Origin: an uncultured Rhizobiaceae bacterium
GTDB lineage: Bacteria; Pseudomonadota; Alphaproteobacteria; UBA828
DNA length: 64,000 nt
Assembly: GCA_964624055.1 (NCBI GenBank)
Contig: CAZUXZ010000133.1
Location: forward strand, 18,722-82,721
Direction of reading: 5' to 3'
How positions within the stretch are numbered: the first letter of the stretch is position 1; each line of letters opens with the position of its first letter. The notes below the pieces were generated by a model, which saw nothing but the letters and a program-made list of their open reading frames with translations, had not been told where the DNA came from and ran no database searches. Positions 42,800 to 53,853 of this stretch are shown one piece after another. The position numbers and the translations under genes are program-made.

Positions 42800-43159
42800 T
42801 TATTTGTCTTCTTCTCGTGGCGGCGTGCCGCCCTTGTTTTGTCCACTTTCTCTCTCGGGCCGCGTCAGCTCTTCGCTGTACCGCTTCGCCAGCCTGAAGG
42901 CGTTGCTCAGTCCCGCTCCAATCCCCAACAGGAGAAAGACGATCAACAGCCAAGGCGAGGTATCTAGCCAACGGTCCAGAAACCAGCCAATGCCCCCTCC
43001 GACCGCCAACGTGGCCGCCATTTCGATCCCGAGATGCAGGGATTGTCCCATCCGGGTCGGCGGCATGCCCAAGCTCTTGGAACGTTGCCGCTCTTCCTGG
43101 ACTTTCTTGAGACGCGAATCAAGGTCATCAATAGAAGGCGGAGGTTTCTCCTCACTCAT
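42800..43159 (-). CDS. atpI: ATP synthase protein I (AtpI-like)
   Basis: About 119 aa with two TM helices, immediately upstream of atpB. The internal Met (MSEEKPPPSIDDL...) was chosen; the 5'-extended track ORF runs to 43360 and overlaps smc. Confidence 0.7.
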   Translation of the reverse strand: MSEEKPPPSIDDLDSRLKKVQEERQRSKSLGMPPTRMGQSLHLGIEMAATLAVGGGIGWFLDRWLDTSPWLLIVFLLLGIGAGLSNAFRLAKRYSEELTRPERESGQNKGGTPPREEDK

Positions 43160-43216
43160 GAAACCTAGCCTCCGAACCCCATCCGTGCACGAGTCCGCAA
43201 CCGAAAAAGCGGGTGA

Positions 43217-43245
43217 ACCATAGTGTTTGGCCTCGGGCCTGTCAA
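43217..43245 (-). promoter_or_regulatory. Candidate sigma70-type promoter of the atp F0 operon
   Basis: On the minus strand TTGACA (43245-43240), a 17-nt spacer, then TATGGT (43222-43217). This is about 55-60 nt upstream of the atpI start in the smc-atpI intergenic region. Confidence 0.35.
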
Positions 43246-43310
43246 CCACTTCCCAATAGGAAGTAACGTGTTGATTTATTGATATAAAATAGCTTTTCGG
43301 CGACGCTCGG

Positions 43311-46300
43311 TCAGGCGCTTTGGCGCCACTGTTCGGCTTCCGACAAATCGACCGAAACAAGCTGTGAAACGCCGCGCTCGACCATTGTCACGCCATAGAG
43401 ACGGTCGACCCGTGACATGGTCATACGGTGATGGGTTACGACGATGAAGCGGGTGCCGCTTTTTTCTGCCAATTCCGCGACTAGCGAGCAGAACCGGTCG
43501 ACATTGCTGTCGTCGAGCGGTGCGTCCACCTCGTCGAGGACGCAGATCGGCGCTGGATTGGTTAAAAACACCGCAAATAGTAATGCGAGCGCGGTCAGCG
43601 CTTTCTCCCCGCCGGACAGAAGCGACAGTGATTGCAGCTTCTTGCCTGGCGGGCTGGCGAGGATTTCGAGACCTGCTTCCAGCGGATCATCCGATTCCAC
43701 CAATTCAAGATGGGCGTGGCCGCCGCCATAGAGGCGGGTGAAGAGCGAGCGGAAATGGCTGTCGATTGCCTTGAAGGCTGTCGTCACCCGCTGTCGACCG
43801 TCGCGGTTAAGGCTCTGGATACCCTGGCGTAGGCGCGCGATTGCGGCTTCCAGATCGGTCCGCTCAGTGACTAGGGTAGCGATTTGCTCGTCAAGATCCG
43901 CTGCTTCTTCCTCGGCGCGAAGGTTCACCGCGCCGATGTTTTCGCGCTCGCGGGTGAGGCGTTGTATGCGCGTTTCGACCGCTTCTGCTTCGGGTGGCTC
44001 GGCTCCTTCCTTGACCTCCGCAAGAGCCAGAGCCTCTTCTGGCGGACAGGCGAGGCGTTCGCGAATCTGCCCAACTACCATCTCCACCGCCTGCTTGGCT
44101 TGTTCCATCAGTCCTTCGATGCGCACTCGCTCCTCACGTGCTTGCGCCGTGGCCCGCTCGGTTTCCTTGAGTGTCTCGTCGCATCTTGCCAAGGTTTCTT
44201 CGCCTCGGGCGAGCGTATCGGCCGCCTGGTTGCGCGCAGCCTCGGCAGTGGCGATTTGGTCGAGTACCCTGGTGCGCTGGCGAGCTATCTCGGCGGGTCG
44301 CTTGGCGAGCGCTTCAAGCTGGCGGTTGGCCTCCTCCTGGCGCGTGGCGAGTGCTGTCAGGCGCTGGCGAGCTCCAGTAACACGGTCGCTCCAGCCGGCT
44401 TCATCGCGCGCTAACTCTCCCAGACGGCGTGTCCGCTGGGCGGCTTCGCCGGCCAGCCGGTGGTGAGCCTGGGAGCACTCCTCATGGATCGCGCGCAGTC
44501 CAGTCATCTCGTCACGGAGATTATTAAGCCTGGCCCGGCCCTCTTTTGACGATTGCGCCGCGTTGAGTGCTGCGTGCGTTTCCTCGGCGAGGTGGGCAGT
44601 TTCGTTCAGTTCGCTGGTAATCCGTTCCACCGCCTCGCTGAGCGCGCTCAAGCGGGAGTTTTCCTGGACAGCCTCGGCGGTGAGCGCTGCCAACCTGTCG
44701 CGTGCTTGGTTGAGAGCTTCTTCGGAGCTTTCCGCAGCACTCCGCCGCTCTGTCGCCTGGTCTGCGCTGTCTTCGCGCTTCGCCCGGGCTTCGTTGAAAG
44801 TCTGTTGCGCTTTGCGCATGGCGCCGTCTGCCACCGACAATTCCGATTGCAGCTCACTCAGCCGGTTGCGTTGTTTGAGGCGGCTGGCAGCGGCGGTGGG
44901 CGCGCTGGCGCCGATCGTGAAGCCGTCCCAACGCCACATGCCGCCATCCTTGGAAACCAATCGCTGACCCGGTCCGAGCTCGCTTTGAAGCCGGTTGCCA
45001 ACGCTGGTGTTCTCAACCACGCCAATTTGCGTCAGGCGGCGAGCGAGGACGGGGGAGCCGCGCACGAAACCAGCGAGCGGTTTGACGCCACCAGGTAGTG
45101 TTGGGTTGTTGCCGAGCGGCGCAAGCGCGGTCCAATGGATCGCTGCGTCGGCGTTCTCAGGGGCCTCCAAATCCTCGCCCAGGGCAGCACCGAGCGCCGC
45201 TTCGAAACCCGGTTCGACTTTGAGGGAATCGACGATGCCTGGGCCCTCGCGAGTGAGGCCGTGGCCGAGCAAATCGGTTAGTGCCTGTGCCTCAGCATGG
45301 AAGCGGGAGAGCTTCGCGTCATTGGCCTGCAATTGATCGCGCGCAGCCGATTCTTCGCCTACTGCGGTTTCGCGTGCGACCTCAGATTCGCGGTGCGCCT
45401 CGCGCGCTGTTTGCGCCGCCTCGCGCGCTTTCACCACGGCCTCTTCCGCTTGGGCGATTGCACTGCGATGGGCGCTTTTCTCCGTCAGATCGGTATGTTC
45501 ACGCTCAGCCTCGGCCTTGCGCTCGGCGTTTAGGCGCTTGCGCTCGCCAAGTTCTTCCAGGCGCCGGCTCAGGGTAGCGTGCTCAGCCTCAGTGGCGGCT
45601 ACTGCTTCCATCAGCCGCGCGATGCGCTCCTCGAGAGCTGCGACATTGGCGGCCGAAGCGGCATGGGTGGTCTCGGCGTTTTGTTCCGCCTCGGCAGCTT
45701 CCTCACCCGCCTGGGTTAGCATTTGGCGTTGCTCGGTGATCGTCGCCATCGCACTTTCAGCATCTTCTGCCAGGGTCCCTTCGCGCTGTAGATCCTCTGC
45801 GATCTGAGCGAGACGGGTCCCGATTGCATGGCGCTGTTCCTCGGTCTGGCGCTCTTCTTCTTCTAGTCGGTCGCGCGTCACGGCGAGGCGGTGGAGAGTC
45901 GCTGCCCCGGCGGCTTCCTCTTGGCGCAAATTCGGTAGTACGCCGGCTGCTTCGGACTGTGCAGTCGCCGCCGCAGCGGCGTGGCTAGTCAATTCGCTGA
46001 CCTGTTCGGTCTCGCGGGCAAGTTCGGCCGCGCGAACCTCCTCCATGTTGCGCGCTGCGGTCCAGCGAATATGCAACAGGAGTGCCTCGGCGCTCTTTAG
46101 GTTTTCGGCAATGCGGCGGTAGCGGTTGGCCTGGCGTGATTGGCGTTTTAGCGCCTGGAGTTGGGTTTCCAGTGCGCCGACAACATCTTCGAGACGTTCT
46201 AGGTTAGTTTCCGCAGCACGAAGGCGAAGCTCTGCTTCGTGACGTCGGGCATGGAGGCCAGAAATACCAGCCGCTTCCTCGAGAATCCCGCGGCGCTGGG

Positions 46301-46772
46301 TCGGCTTGGCGTTGATAATATCGTTGATTCGTCCCTGGCCAACGAGTGCTGACGAATGGGCACCGGTAGCGAAATCGGCAAAGAGATATTGCACGTCGCG
46401 GGCGCGAACGTCGCGGCCATTCACCTGATAAGATGAGCCCTCGCCCCGTTCGATGCGGCGCGATACCTCAATTTCCTCATCCTCATTGAACGCTGATGGA
46501 GCGCTACGCTCGGTATTGTCTAGGAGTAGCGCGACTTCCGCCAAGTTACGCGAGGCGCGCGCGTCGGTGCCGTTGAATATGACGTCTTCCATGCCACCGC
46601 CGCGCATTTGCTTCGGCGCGGTTTCACCCATCACCCAGCGCAACGCCTCGACCAAGTTCGATTTGCCGCAGCCGTTGGGTCCGACAATGCCTGTGGTGCC
46701 GGGCTCAATCATTAGTTCCGTGGACTCAATGAAAGATTTGAAGCCAACTAGTTTGAGCTTCGTAAAATGCAC
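43311..46772 (-). CDS. smc: Chromosome segregation protein SMC
   Basis: 1153 aa. N-terminal Walker A (GPNGCGKSN), long coiled coils with a hinge, and a C-terminal signature/Walker B (LSGGEKALTALALLFA...LDEVDAPLD). Confidence 0.95.
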   Translation of the reverse strand: MHFTKLKLVGFKSFIESTELMIEPGTTGIVGPNGCGKSNLVEALRWVMGETAPKQMRGGGMEDVIFNGTDARASRNLAEVALLLDNTERSAPSAFNEDEEIEVSRRIERGEGSSYQVNGRDVRARDVQYLFADFATGAHSSALVGQGRINDIINAKPTQRRGILEEAAGISGLHARRHEAELRLRAAETNLERLEDVVGALETQLQALKRQSRQANRYRRIAENLKSAEALLLHIRWTAARNMEEVRAAELARETEQVSELTSHAAAAATAQSEAAGVLPNLRQEEAAGAATLHRLAVTRDRLEEEERQTEEQRHAIGTRLAQIAEDLQREGTLAEDAESAMATITEQRQMLTQAGEEAAEAEQNAETTHAASAANVAALEERIARLMEAVAATEAEHATLSRRLEELGERKRLNAERKAEAEREHTDLTEKSAHRSAIAQAEEAVVKAREAAQTAREAHRESEVARETAVGEESAARDQLQANDAKLSRFHAEAQALTDLLGHGLTREGPGIVDSLKVEPGFEAALGAALGEDLEAPENADAAIHWTALAPLGNNPTLPGGVKPLAGFVRGSPVLARRLTQIGVVENTSVGNRLQSELGPGQRLVSKDGGMWRWDGFTIGASAPTAAASRLKQRNRLSELQSELSVADGAMRKAQQTFNEARAKREDSADQATERRSAAESSEEALNQARDRLAALTAEAVQENSRLSALSEAVERITSELNETAHLAEETHAALNAAQSSKEGRARLNNLRDEMTGLRAIHEECSQAHHRLAGEAAQRTRRLGELARDEAGWSDRVTGARQRLTALATRQEEANRQLEALAKRPAEIARQRTRVLDQIATAEAARNQAADTLARGEETLARCDETLKETERATAQAREERVRIEGLMEQAKQAVEMVVGQIRERLACPPEEALALAEVKEGAEPPEAEAVETRIQRLTRERENIGAVNLRAEEEAADLDEQIATLVTERTDLEAAIARLRQGIQSLNRDGRQRVTTAFKAIDSHFRSLFTRLYGGGHAHLELVESDDPLEAGLEILASPPGKKLQSLSLLSGGEKALTALALLFAVFLTNPAPICVLDEVDAPLDDSNVDRFCSLVAELAEKSGTRFIVVTHHRMTMSRVDRLYGVTMVERGVSQLVSVDLSEAEQWRQSA

Positions 46773-46840
46773 CGACTAGGCGTTCCGCTCAGGTAAAAGA
46801 AATAAACAAGTTTCGCTCATCACTAAACGCACCCCGCGGA

Positions 46841-47473
46841 TCACGTTTCGGGCAGGTATTGGTCAAGGGTTTTGGCGAAGGCGCTGTAACGCATACTGCC
46901 GTCATACGTATTTCCGTTGATGACGAAGGATGGGGTCGATTTGATGTCGTAATTTTCTTGGCCGTCGCGAATCGAGCTGAGTATGCGGGTCTCCAGATTT
47001 CTGTTGCCGAGACAGGCTTGGAATTGCCCTTCGCTGATCCCGCCGAGCTGGCCGATCTGGCCGAGCGCACTCAGATAGTCGGCGGCACGGGTCCAATTGT
47101 CGAAGGTGTTAAACAGGGTTTCAATGAAAGCAAAATAACGCTCCGGCCCTGCGCAATGGGCGAGCACGGCGGCATCGAGCGCCGGCCGGTTGAGCGGGAA
47201 ATCGCGTGCAATGAACCGCACCTTTCCGGTTTCGACATATTCCGTGCGTAGGCGGGGGAAGATCTCGGTGTGAAAATCGCGACAATGGGGGCAGGTGAGC
47301 GAAAAATATTCGATTACCGAGACCGGCGCTTCGGGCAAACCGATGGCCATGTCACCAGGCTGCTCCCAACTGCTCGCTGATGCCGGCAGGGCAGCCAGTT
47401 GCAAGAGCGGTGGTGCGGCAACGAATCCGGTAAAGCCAGTCACGCCCGCCAATAATAGCCGTCTCGAGATCAT
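46841..47473 (-). CDS. DsbA family thiol:disulfide oxidoreductase, periplasmic
   Basis: Signal peptide and a CPHC active site (SLTCPHCRDFH). ATG at 47473 has a GAGGA Shine-Dalgarno. The track uses a TTG at 47485. Confidence 0.8.
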   Translation of the reverse strand: MISRRLLLAGVTGFTGFVAAPPLLQLAALPASASSWEQPGDMAIGLPEAPVSVIEYFSLTCPHCRDFHTEIFPRLRTEYVETGKVRFIARDFPLNRPALDAAVLAHCAGPERYFAFIETLFNTFDNWTRAADYLSALGQIGQLGGISEGQFQACLGNRNLETRILSSIRDGQENYDIKSTPSFVINGNTYDGSMRYSAFAKTLDQYLPET

Positions 47474-47604
47474 GGCTGTCCTCAATTTACTTAAGTGCCA
47501 GAAGTATAAAGTGGCACCTGCGCCGCCTCAAGCGTGACGACGCTGGTGCGGGTTGTAACGCGACCGTAGATGCGTAGGTAAATCATATTGATTTCATCAA
47601 TAGG

Positions 47605-48060
47605 CTAGGTCTTGCGCGGCCGGGTCAGTAAGGCCTCGCCGAGACGCGCAAGCGCGTCTCTTACGTCGTCGTTATTCGTGTCCCGGATGGATTCGGCGAG
47701 CGACTCCGCCGAATTGGGAGACAGTGCGCGCGACGCGCGCGGCATCGTTGGCTCAGTTTTTTCAATCGGTCCGTTGATCAAGCTGAGGCGCTTTACCGCG
47801 CGATAGCCAAAATGGCTGGCGATCCGTTCGAGGATTTGCGGTTCCTGATGTTTGAGCTCGGTGGCGAGAGGTCCGTCGATGCGAAGATGGAGTGTGCCAT
47901 CTTGGCCGAGGCGCTCCGGTATGGTATGGCGCGCCAGCTCCTTGCCGACGATGGCGGCCCAATTATTGAGCACCCCGGCAGAGGCAAAGCCACGTTCGCG
48001 GTAAATATTTTCCGTCACCTTCTGTAGGGCGGACGCAATGGGGCGCGACGGACGGGTCAT
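47605..48060 (-). CDS. DUF721 domain protein (DciA-like)
   Basis: About 150 aa conserved alphaproteobacterial protein found divergent from mutY. The internal Met at 48060 was chosen. The longer track ORF would overlap the mutY start. Confidence 0.55.
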   Translation of the reverse strand: MTRPSRPIASALQKVTENIYRERGFASAGVLNNWAAIVGKELARHTIPERLGQDGTLHLRIDGPLATELKHQEPQILERIASHFGYRAVKRLSLINGPIEKTEPTMPRASRALSPNSAESLAESIRDTNNDDVRDALARLGEALLTRPRKT

Positions 48061-48090
48061 TTCCCTATTATATGCTCTTGAAAGAGGAAT

Positions 48091-49173
48091 TTGGATAGTG
48101 CGATGAAGATCACATTTGGCTCCGCGCCGAAGACCTTGGCCGCGGCGCTGCTCGCCTGGTACGACGTGCATGGCCGGGACCTGCCATGGCGGGTCCGCGG
48201 CGCGCGGCCTGACCCTTACCGAGTCTGGCTTAGCGAGATCATGCTGCAGCAGACCACTGTTGCCACAGTTAGCCCCTATTTCTCGGAGTTTCTCCGCCGC
48301 TGGCCGCGTCTCGAAGACCTAGCTCTGGCGTCGCTTGACGATGTGCTCCATGCTTGGCAAGGCCTTGGTTATTACGCACGGGCTCGCAACATGCTGCGTG
48401 CGGCGCAGAAACTCGTTGAACATCACGGCGGTAAATTTCCGAAAGACGAAGCGACTCTTCTGAAGTTGCCTGGCATCGGTCGCTATTCGGCGGCGGCGAT
48501 TGCCGCCATCGCCTTCGATCGTCCCGCGACCATCCTCGACGGCAATGTTGAGCGGGTGATCGCGCGTTTACGACAAGTCGAAACACCGTTGCCCGCAGCC
48601 AAGGGAGAGCTCCGACGTCTCGCCGGCGAGATCACGCCGCCCACACGCCCGGGCGATTATGCCCAGGCGATCATGGATTTGGGCGCCACCGTCTGCACGC
48701 CAAAGAAGCCGGTCTGCGCGGTTTGTCCCTGGCGCCCCGCTTGCCGCGCGCACAACGCTGGTGTCCAGGTGTTATTGCCGAAAAAAAAGCCAAAACCCAA
48801 GCGTCCGCTGCGCCATGGCGTCGCTTATTGGGCGGTGCGCAGTGATGGGCAAATTCTTCTCCGTCGCCGGTCCGAGAAAGGTTTGCTTGGCGGCCTAATG
48901 GAGGTGCCGACCGACGAATGGCGTAACATGCCTTGGACTCCCGCCGCCGCCCGCCGTGCGGCACCAGCCGAAGCGCACTGGCGCGCGCTCACTGGTCTGG
49001 TCAGCCACGGCTTCACCCATTTCCGTCTCGAGATAATTGTCTATGTCGGCAAGGTCGATGGTCGCTCCAAACCCAAGGGCATCTGGTGTCCACCAGAAAA
49101 TTTTACCGACCAGGCATTTTCTACCCTAAGCCGTAAGATCATCCGCCACGTAGAGACGGCCGTCTCAAGCTAA
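48091..49173 (+). CDS. mutY: A/G-specific adenine DNA glycosylase
   Basis: HhH-GPD domain, 4Fe-4S cluster loop (CTPKKPVCAVCPWRPAC) and a C-terminal NUDIX-like domain, 360 aa. Confidence 0.9.
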   Translation: MDSAMKITFGSAPKTLAAALLAWYDVHGRDLPWRVRGARPDPYRVWLSEIMLQQTTVATVSPYFSEFLRRWPRLEDLALASLDDVLHAWQGLGYYARARNMLRAAQKLVEHHGGKFPKDEATLLKLPGIGRYSAAAIAAIAFDRPATILDGNVERVIARLRQVETPLPAAKGELRRLAGEITPPTRPGDYAQAIMDLGATVCTPKKPVCAVCPWRPACRAHNAGVQVLLPKKKPKPKRPLRHGVAYWAVRSDGQILLRRRSEKGLLGGLMEVPTDEWRNMPWTPAAARRAAPAEAHWRALTGLVSHGFTHFRLEIIVYVGKVDGRSKPKGIWCPPENFTDQAFSTLSRKIIRHVETAVSS

Positions 49174-49459
49174 GTGGCTTTGAACTTTTTGAATTTGATA
49201 TCCAGGTTGCGCTGCTGCGCAAGCCACAGATCGTATTAAATCTGCCGCCGCAGCCAGCTTTCTGGACTGCTGCCAAAACCTTTGACAGGCGAATGGCCAT
49301 TTTGGGCGAAAAGCTGAGGCGGCATTGAGCATAATGGAGAACGTATTGCGCGATACGCCGAGGCCCTTGGCCCCAGCGGTGACTGCCAGCCTAAAGGGTT
49401 CGAGGCACTGCCGCTGGATAACCTCGCTTGAGTACGGCTGCCCGTATAGTCGCAAGGCT

Positions 49460-50587
<1,128 letters not shown>

Positions 50588-50594
50588 CTACGCG

Positions 50595-51233
50595 TCAAGC
50601 GCTTGATTTAGAAGACTCTTCCAATAGTCTGCGAATGGGTTTGAAAGACCGTCGGTGATGCCGCGTGACGCCAAGTCTTTCGAGCCCTTTTCCATGTAGC
50701 TTGGTGCCATAGCCGAAATTGCGCTCCCAGCCGTAGCCCGGATTGCGCGACGCGAGCCGGATCATGTAGCGGTCGCGGGTAACCTTCGCAATGATTGAGG
50801 CGGCGGCGATGGAATAGCTCTTATCGTCGCCCTTGACGATGCAACGCACTGGGCAAGGCAGGTCAGGTGCGCGGTTGCCGTCGACCAGTGCAGCGTCGGG
50901 CATTTGTGCGAGGGCCGCGACGGCGCGGCGCATGGCGAGATGAGTGGCGACAAGAATATTCAGCTTGTCGATCTCTGCGACGCTCGCCTTGCCCTGGCCC
51001 ACCAGGGCGTTACGCAGCAATTTTGGAAAGAGCGCCTTTCGCTCGACGGGTGAGAGCTGTTTTGAATCCCGTATCTGGGCAGCGATCTCCCGCGGCGGGC
51101 CTTTCGCGGGAAAAATCACTGCGGCGCTGTAGACCGGCCCGGCCCAGGGGCCGCGGCCGGCTTCGTCGATTCCGGCGACGGCGCCACCGAATTCACGTTC
51201 GAGAGCAAAATCAGGCACGGCGCTTGAATTCAT
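50595..51233 (-). CDS. rnhB: Ribonuclease HII
   Basis: GIDEAGRGPWAGPV motif, 212 aa. Immediately upstream of ccrM (34-nt gap). Confidence 0.9.
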   Translation of the reverse strand: MNSSAVPDFALEREFGGAVAGIDEAGRGPWAGPVYSAAVIFPAKGPPREIAAQIRDSKQLSPVERKALFPKLLRNALVGQGKASVAEIDKLNILVATHLAMRRAVAALAQMPDAALVDGNRAPDLPCPVRCIVKGDDKSYSIAAASIIAKVTRDRYMIRLASRNPGYGWERNFGYGTKLHGKGLERLGVTRHHRRSFKPIRRLLEESSKSSA

Positions 51234-52659
51234 TCTGCTCTGGCGGCAGCACCTCGCCTTTGAGCGGTGTCATATCTTCATCGTCGTTGATCGCTGCTGA
51301 CCGAGCTTGCCGGCGGGCGCGAATTTCTTTCGCACGTTGGGAGAGTTCTGCGATATGGTCGCGCAATTGCCAAAATGCTGCACACGTGCCCTGCGCCGTG
51401 TGCTTCGCGCCGCGCAGGACGAGGCGCGCTTCTTGCTCATAGAGCGCAAACAGTAAATCGTCGAGGCGCCAAATGCCACCCGCGGTCAACTGCTGCATTC
51501 GCCGTGCTGTCATTAGCCAGATCGGACTGACCACCAGACTAAGGGCGATAACCGCGACGATCAGCCGGTGGCCCTCGATGCCCACCGCTGACACGGCGAC
51601 GCCGGCGCCGGCGAGGACGAAGGAAAATTCGCCGACCTGGCTTAAAAGGATACCGGCGAGAAAGGCGCGCGGCCAAGGCTCGCCGAGGATGCGCAGGATG
51701 AAAAGATTGACCGCTGATTTTACCAGTAACACGAGGACCAGAAGTGCCACAACGGTGGCAAAATTTTCCCAGATATAGGCGAGGTCAATGAGGAGTCCGA
51801 TGGAGAGGAAGAAGACCATAGCGAGCACGCCCTGGATCGGCTCGGTGGCGCGGATCATCTGGCGGCGGCCTTGCGTTGAGCCGATCGCAAGCCCGGCGAT
51901 GAAGGCGCCGAAAGCGGCGGTGAGGCCGATGAAATCGGAGATCGCCGCGAGCGCTAGACAGCAGCCAAGGGCGGCGAGCGGTACAATCTCATGGTGGCGC
52001 TTGGTAAGTGCAGCGAAAGGCAGGCGGATTTTTTCGCGTCGGCTAAGATACCAGATCAACGCTGCTAGGAGACCGATAGCGGCGAGGAAGCCGGGAATCG
52101 TGGTCCAGTCGAGACCGCCTTCTGCCGCCATGCCATTGAGCAATAAGAGCATTGGCACCACTGCCAGGTCTTGGCCGATTAGGATCCCGACTACGAGCCG
52201 CCCGGTCTCGCTCCTGAGCTCACCTATCTCCTCCAGCATCTTGATCGCCACCGCCGTGCTCGACAGGCTCACGACGAATCCGAGCAGCACGGCAAGCTCA
52301 AGGGGCCAGCTAAACAGGCGCGACAATGCCAGGGTTATGACCGTAGCCACGGCGATCTGCATTGCAGCCGCCATCAAGGCGACCTTCCAGATCGAGCGGA
52401 AGGAGCGCAGGCTCATTTTCATGGCGATGACAAATAGCAAAAGAAGCACGCCAAGCTCGGCGAGCATAGCCACCCAATCACGGTTTTCCACCAGGCTTAA
52501 CGCGCTCGGGCCAAGAATGACGCCAGCTAGGATATAGCCGACGATGGCAGGCTGTTTGAAGCGAGCGAAACCGACGCCGCACAAAAGGGCAGCCAAGGCG
52601 ACCACGGCCAATTGGCCAAGCTCCGAATGGAACAGCATGTGAGATAGATAGTGCCACAC
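51211..52659 (-). CDS. Monovalent cation:proton antiporter, CPA2 (Kef/NhaP-type) family
   Basis: 482 aa with about 12 TM helices and Na+/H+ exchanger family motifs. No TrkA-like C-terminal domain. Confidence 0.75.
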   Translation of the reverse strand: MWHYLSHMLFHSELGQLAVVALAALLCGVGFARFKQPAIVGYILAGVILGPSALSLVENRDWVAMLAELGVLLLLFVIAMKMSLRSFRSIWKVALMAAAMQIAVATVITLALSRLFSWPLELAVLLGFVVSLSSTAVAIKMLEEIGELRSETGRLVVGILIGQDLAVVPMLLLLNGMAAEGGLDWTTIPGFLAAIGLLAALIWYLSRREKIRLPFAALTKRHHEIVPLAALGCCLALAAISDFIGLTAAFGAFIAGLAIGSTQGRRQMIRATEPIQGVLAMVFFLSIGLLIDLAYIWENFATVVALLVLVLLVKSAVNLFILRILGEPWPRAFLAGILLSQVGEFSFVLAGAGVAVSAVGIEGHRLIVAVIALSLVVSPIWLMTARRMQQLTAGGIWRLDDLLFALYEQEARLVLRGAKHTAQGTCAAFWQLRDHIAELSQRAKEIRARRQARSAAINDDEDMTPLKGEVLPPEQNEFKRRA

Positions 52660-52699
52660 ATGAGAGTCAATGGTTAGCTGATGTTGTTAAACTATTGAT

Positions 52700-53812
52700 T
52701 CACAACAAAGTTAATTCATCTCCTTTTTTTGGTGGCGGGCAAAAACGACTCGTGTCGAGTCGCAATGGCGGGTTGTGCATGCCGTTTTTCTTTTTGGCCA
52801 GGCGGAAGCGTTGACTGAGCAACTCGGCGCTCGGCCCCGTGCCGGTCTGGCGTAGGCCAAAGCCGGAGCGGTAATGCTGCCCGGCATGCATATCGCGCAC
52901 TCGGCTCATGACATGGTCTGCTCGGTTGGGCACATGGAGGCGCAACCACTCCTCAAATAAATCTCTGATTTCGAGCGGTAAGCGGAGGAGGATGTAGTCT
53001 GCCTCGATGGCTCCGGCTTCAGATGTCGCCTTTAAGATCGCTTCCAGCTCAGTTTCGTTGAGCGCCGGGATCACGGGTGCGAAATTGACCCCAGTGGGGA
53101 TTCCTGCAGTGCTCAATTGGCGGATCGCGTCGAGGCGCTTATCTGGCGCTGAGGCGCGCGGCTCGAGTCGGCGCGAAAGCTCCTGGTCGAGGCTGGTGAT
53201 GGAGAGGATGACCTTCACAAGATTTCTCTCTGCAAGCGATGAAAGAATATCGATATCGCGCGTCACCAAAGAAGATTTGGTAACAACGCCAACGGGATGG
53301 TGGAAGTCTGATAATACCGAGAGGGTGCTGCGGGTAAGCTCCAGACGGCGCTCGGTCGGCTGATAGGGGTCGGTATTGGTGCCGAGCGCAATCATACGTG
53401 GTTGATAGCCTGCCTTGGCCAGCTCACGCGCCAATTGCGAAGGCGCGTCATGCTTGGCGTAAATGCGGCTTTCAAAATCTTGGCCCGGCGACAGCCCGAG
53501 AAAGGCATGGGTCGGGCGGGCGTAACAATAGGCGCAACCATGCTCGCAGCCGCGATAGGTGTTAATCGAGCGGTCGAAGCCGAGATCGGGTGAGCTGTTG
53601 CGGGTGATGATGGTGCGGCTCTTGTCAGCGTCGACAATCGTTTTTAGCTTGCCGAGCGGCTCATCCAGGTTGCCCCAGCCATCGTCGCAGGCCTCGGTCG
53701 CATAGCGCTCATACCGCCCCGCTCGGTTGCTTGACGCCCCCCGACCTTTGTGTGCCTCACGCCTCGACAGATTGTCGGGCGCACTGAAATTGTTCATATT
53801 GTTTGCATGCAT
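52700..53812 (-). CDS. Radical SAM protein, PA0069-like (SplB/DNA-repair-photolyase-like fold)
   Basis: CxxxCxxC motif CEHGCAYCYA. N-terminal KGRGASSNRAGRYE motif typical of this rSAM family, 370 aa. Confidence 0.75.
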   Translation of the reverse strand: MHANNMNNFSAPDNLSRREAHKGRGASSNRAGRYERYATEACDDGWGNLDEPLGKLKTIVDADKSRTIITRNSSPDLGFDRSINTYRGCEHGCAYCYARPTHAFLGLSPGQDFESRIYAKHDAPSQLARELAKAGYQPRMIALGTNTDPYQPTERRLELTRSTLSVLSDFHHPVGVVTKSSLVTRDIDILSSLAERNLVKVILSITSLDQELSRRLEPRASAPDKRLDAIRQLSTAGIPTGVNFAPVIPALNETELEAILKATSEAGAIEADYILLRLPLEIRDLFEEWLRLHVPNRADHVMSRVRDMHAGQHYRSGFGLRQTGTGPSAELLSQRFRLAKKKNGMHNPPLRLDTSRFCPPPKKGDELTLL

Positions 53813-53853
53813 GTGGCATTACTATCCTAATATAAGAACATATAAAGAACAAA

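Noticed and set aside
43444-45807. Numerous 70-240-aa ORFs on the plus strand inside smc (for example 43738..44466, 44553..45098) with Ala/Arg/Ser-rich low-complexity translations
   Set aside because: They are antisense to a highly conserved smc coding region. Long open frames of this kind are expected on the opposite strand of high-GC genes. They have no domain signatures.
47495-47517. Possible sigma54 (-24 TGGCAC / -12 TTGC) promoter at the dsbA palindrome
   Set aside because: TGGCAC is present on both strands but no TTGC(A/T) occurs at the required 5-nt spacing on either strand.
49165-49455. 96-aa minus-strand ORF in the mutY-ccrM spacer
   Set aside because: No Shine-Dalgarno and no domain. 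The composition is typical of random high-GC frames. The region is better explained as structured noncoding spacer.
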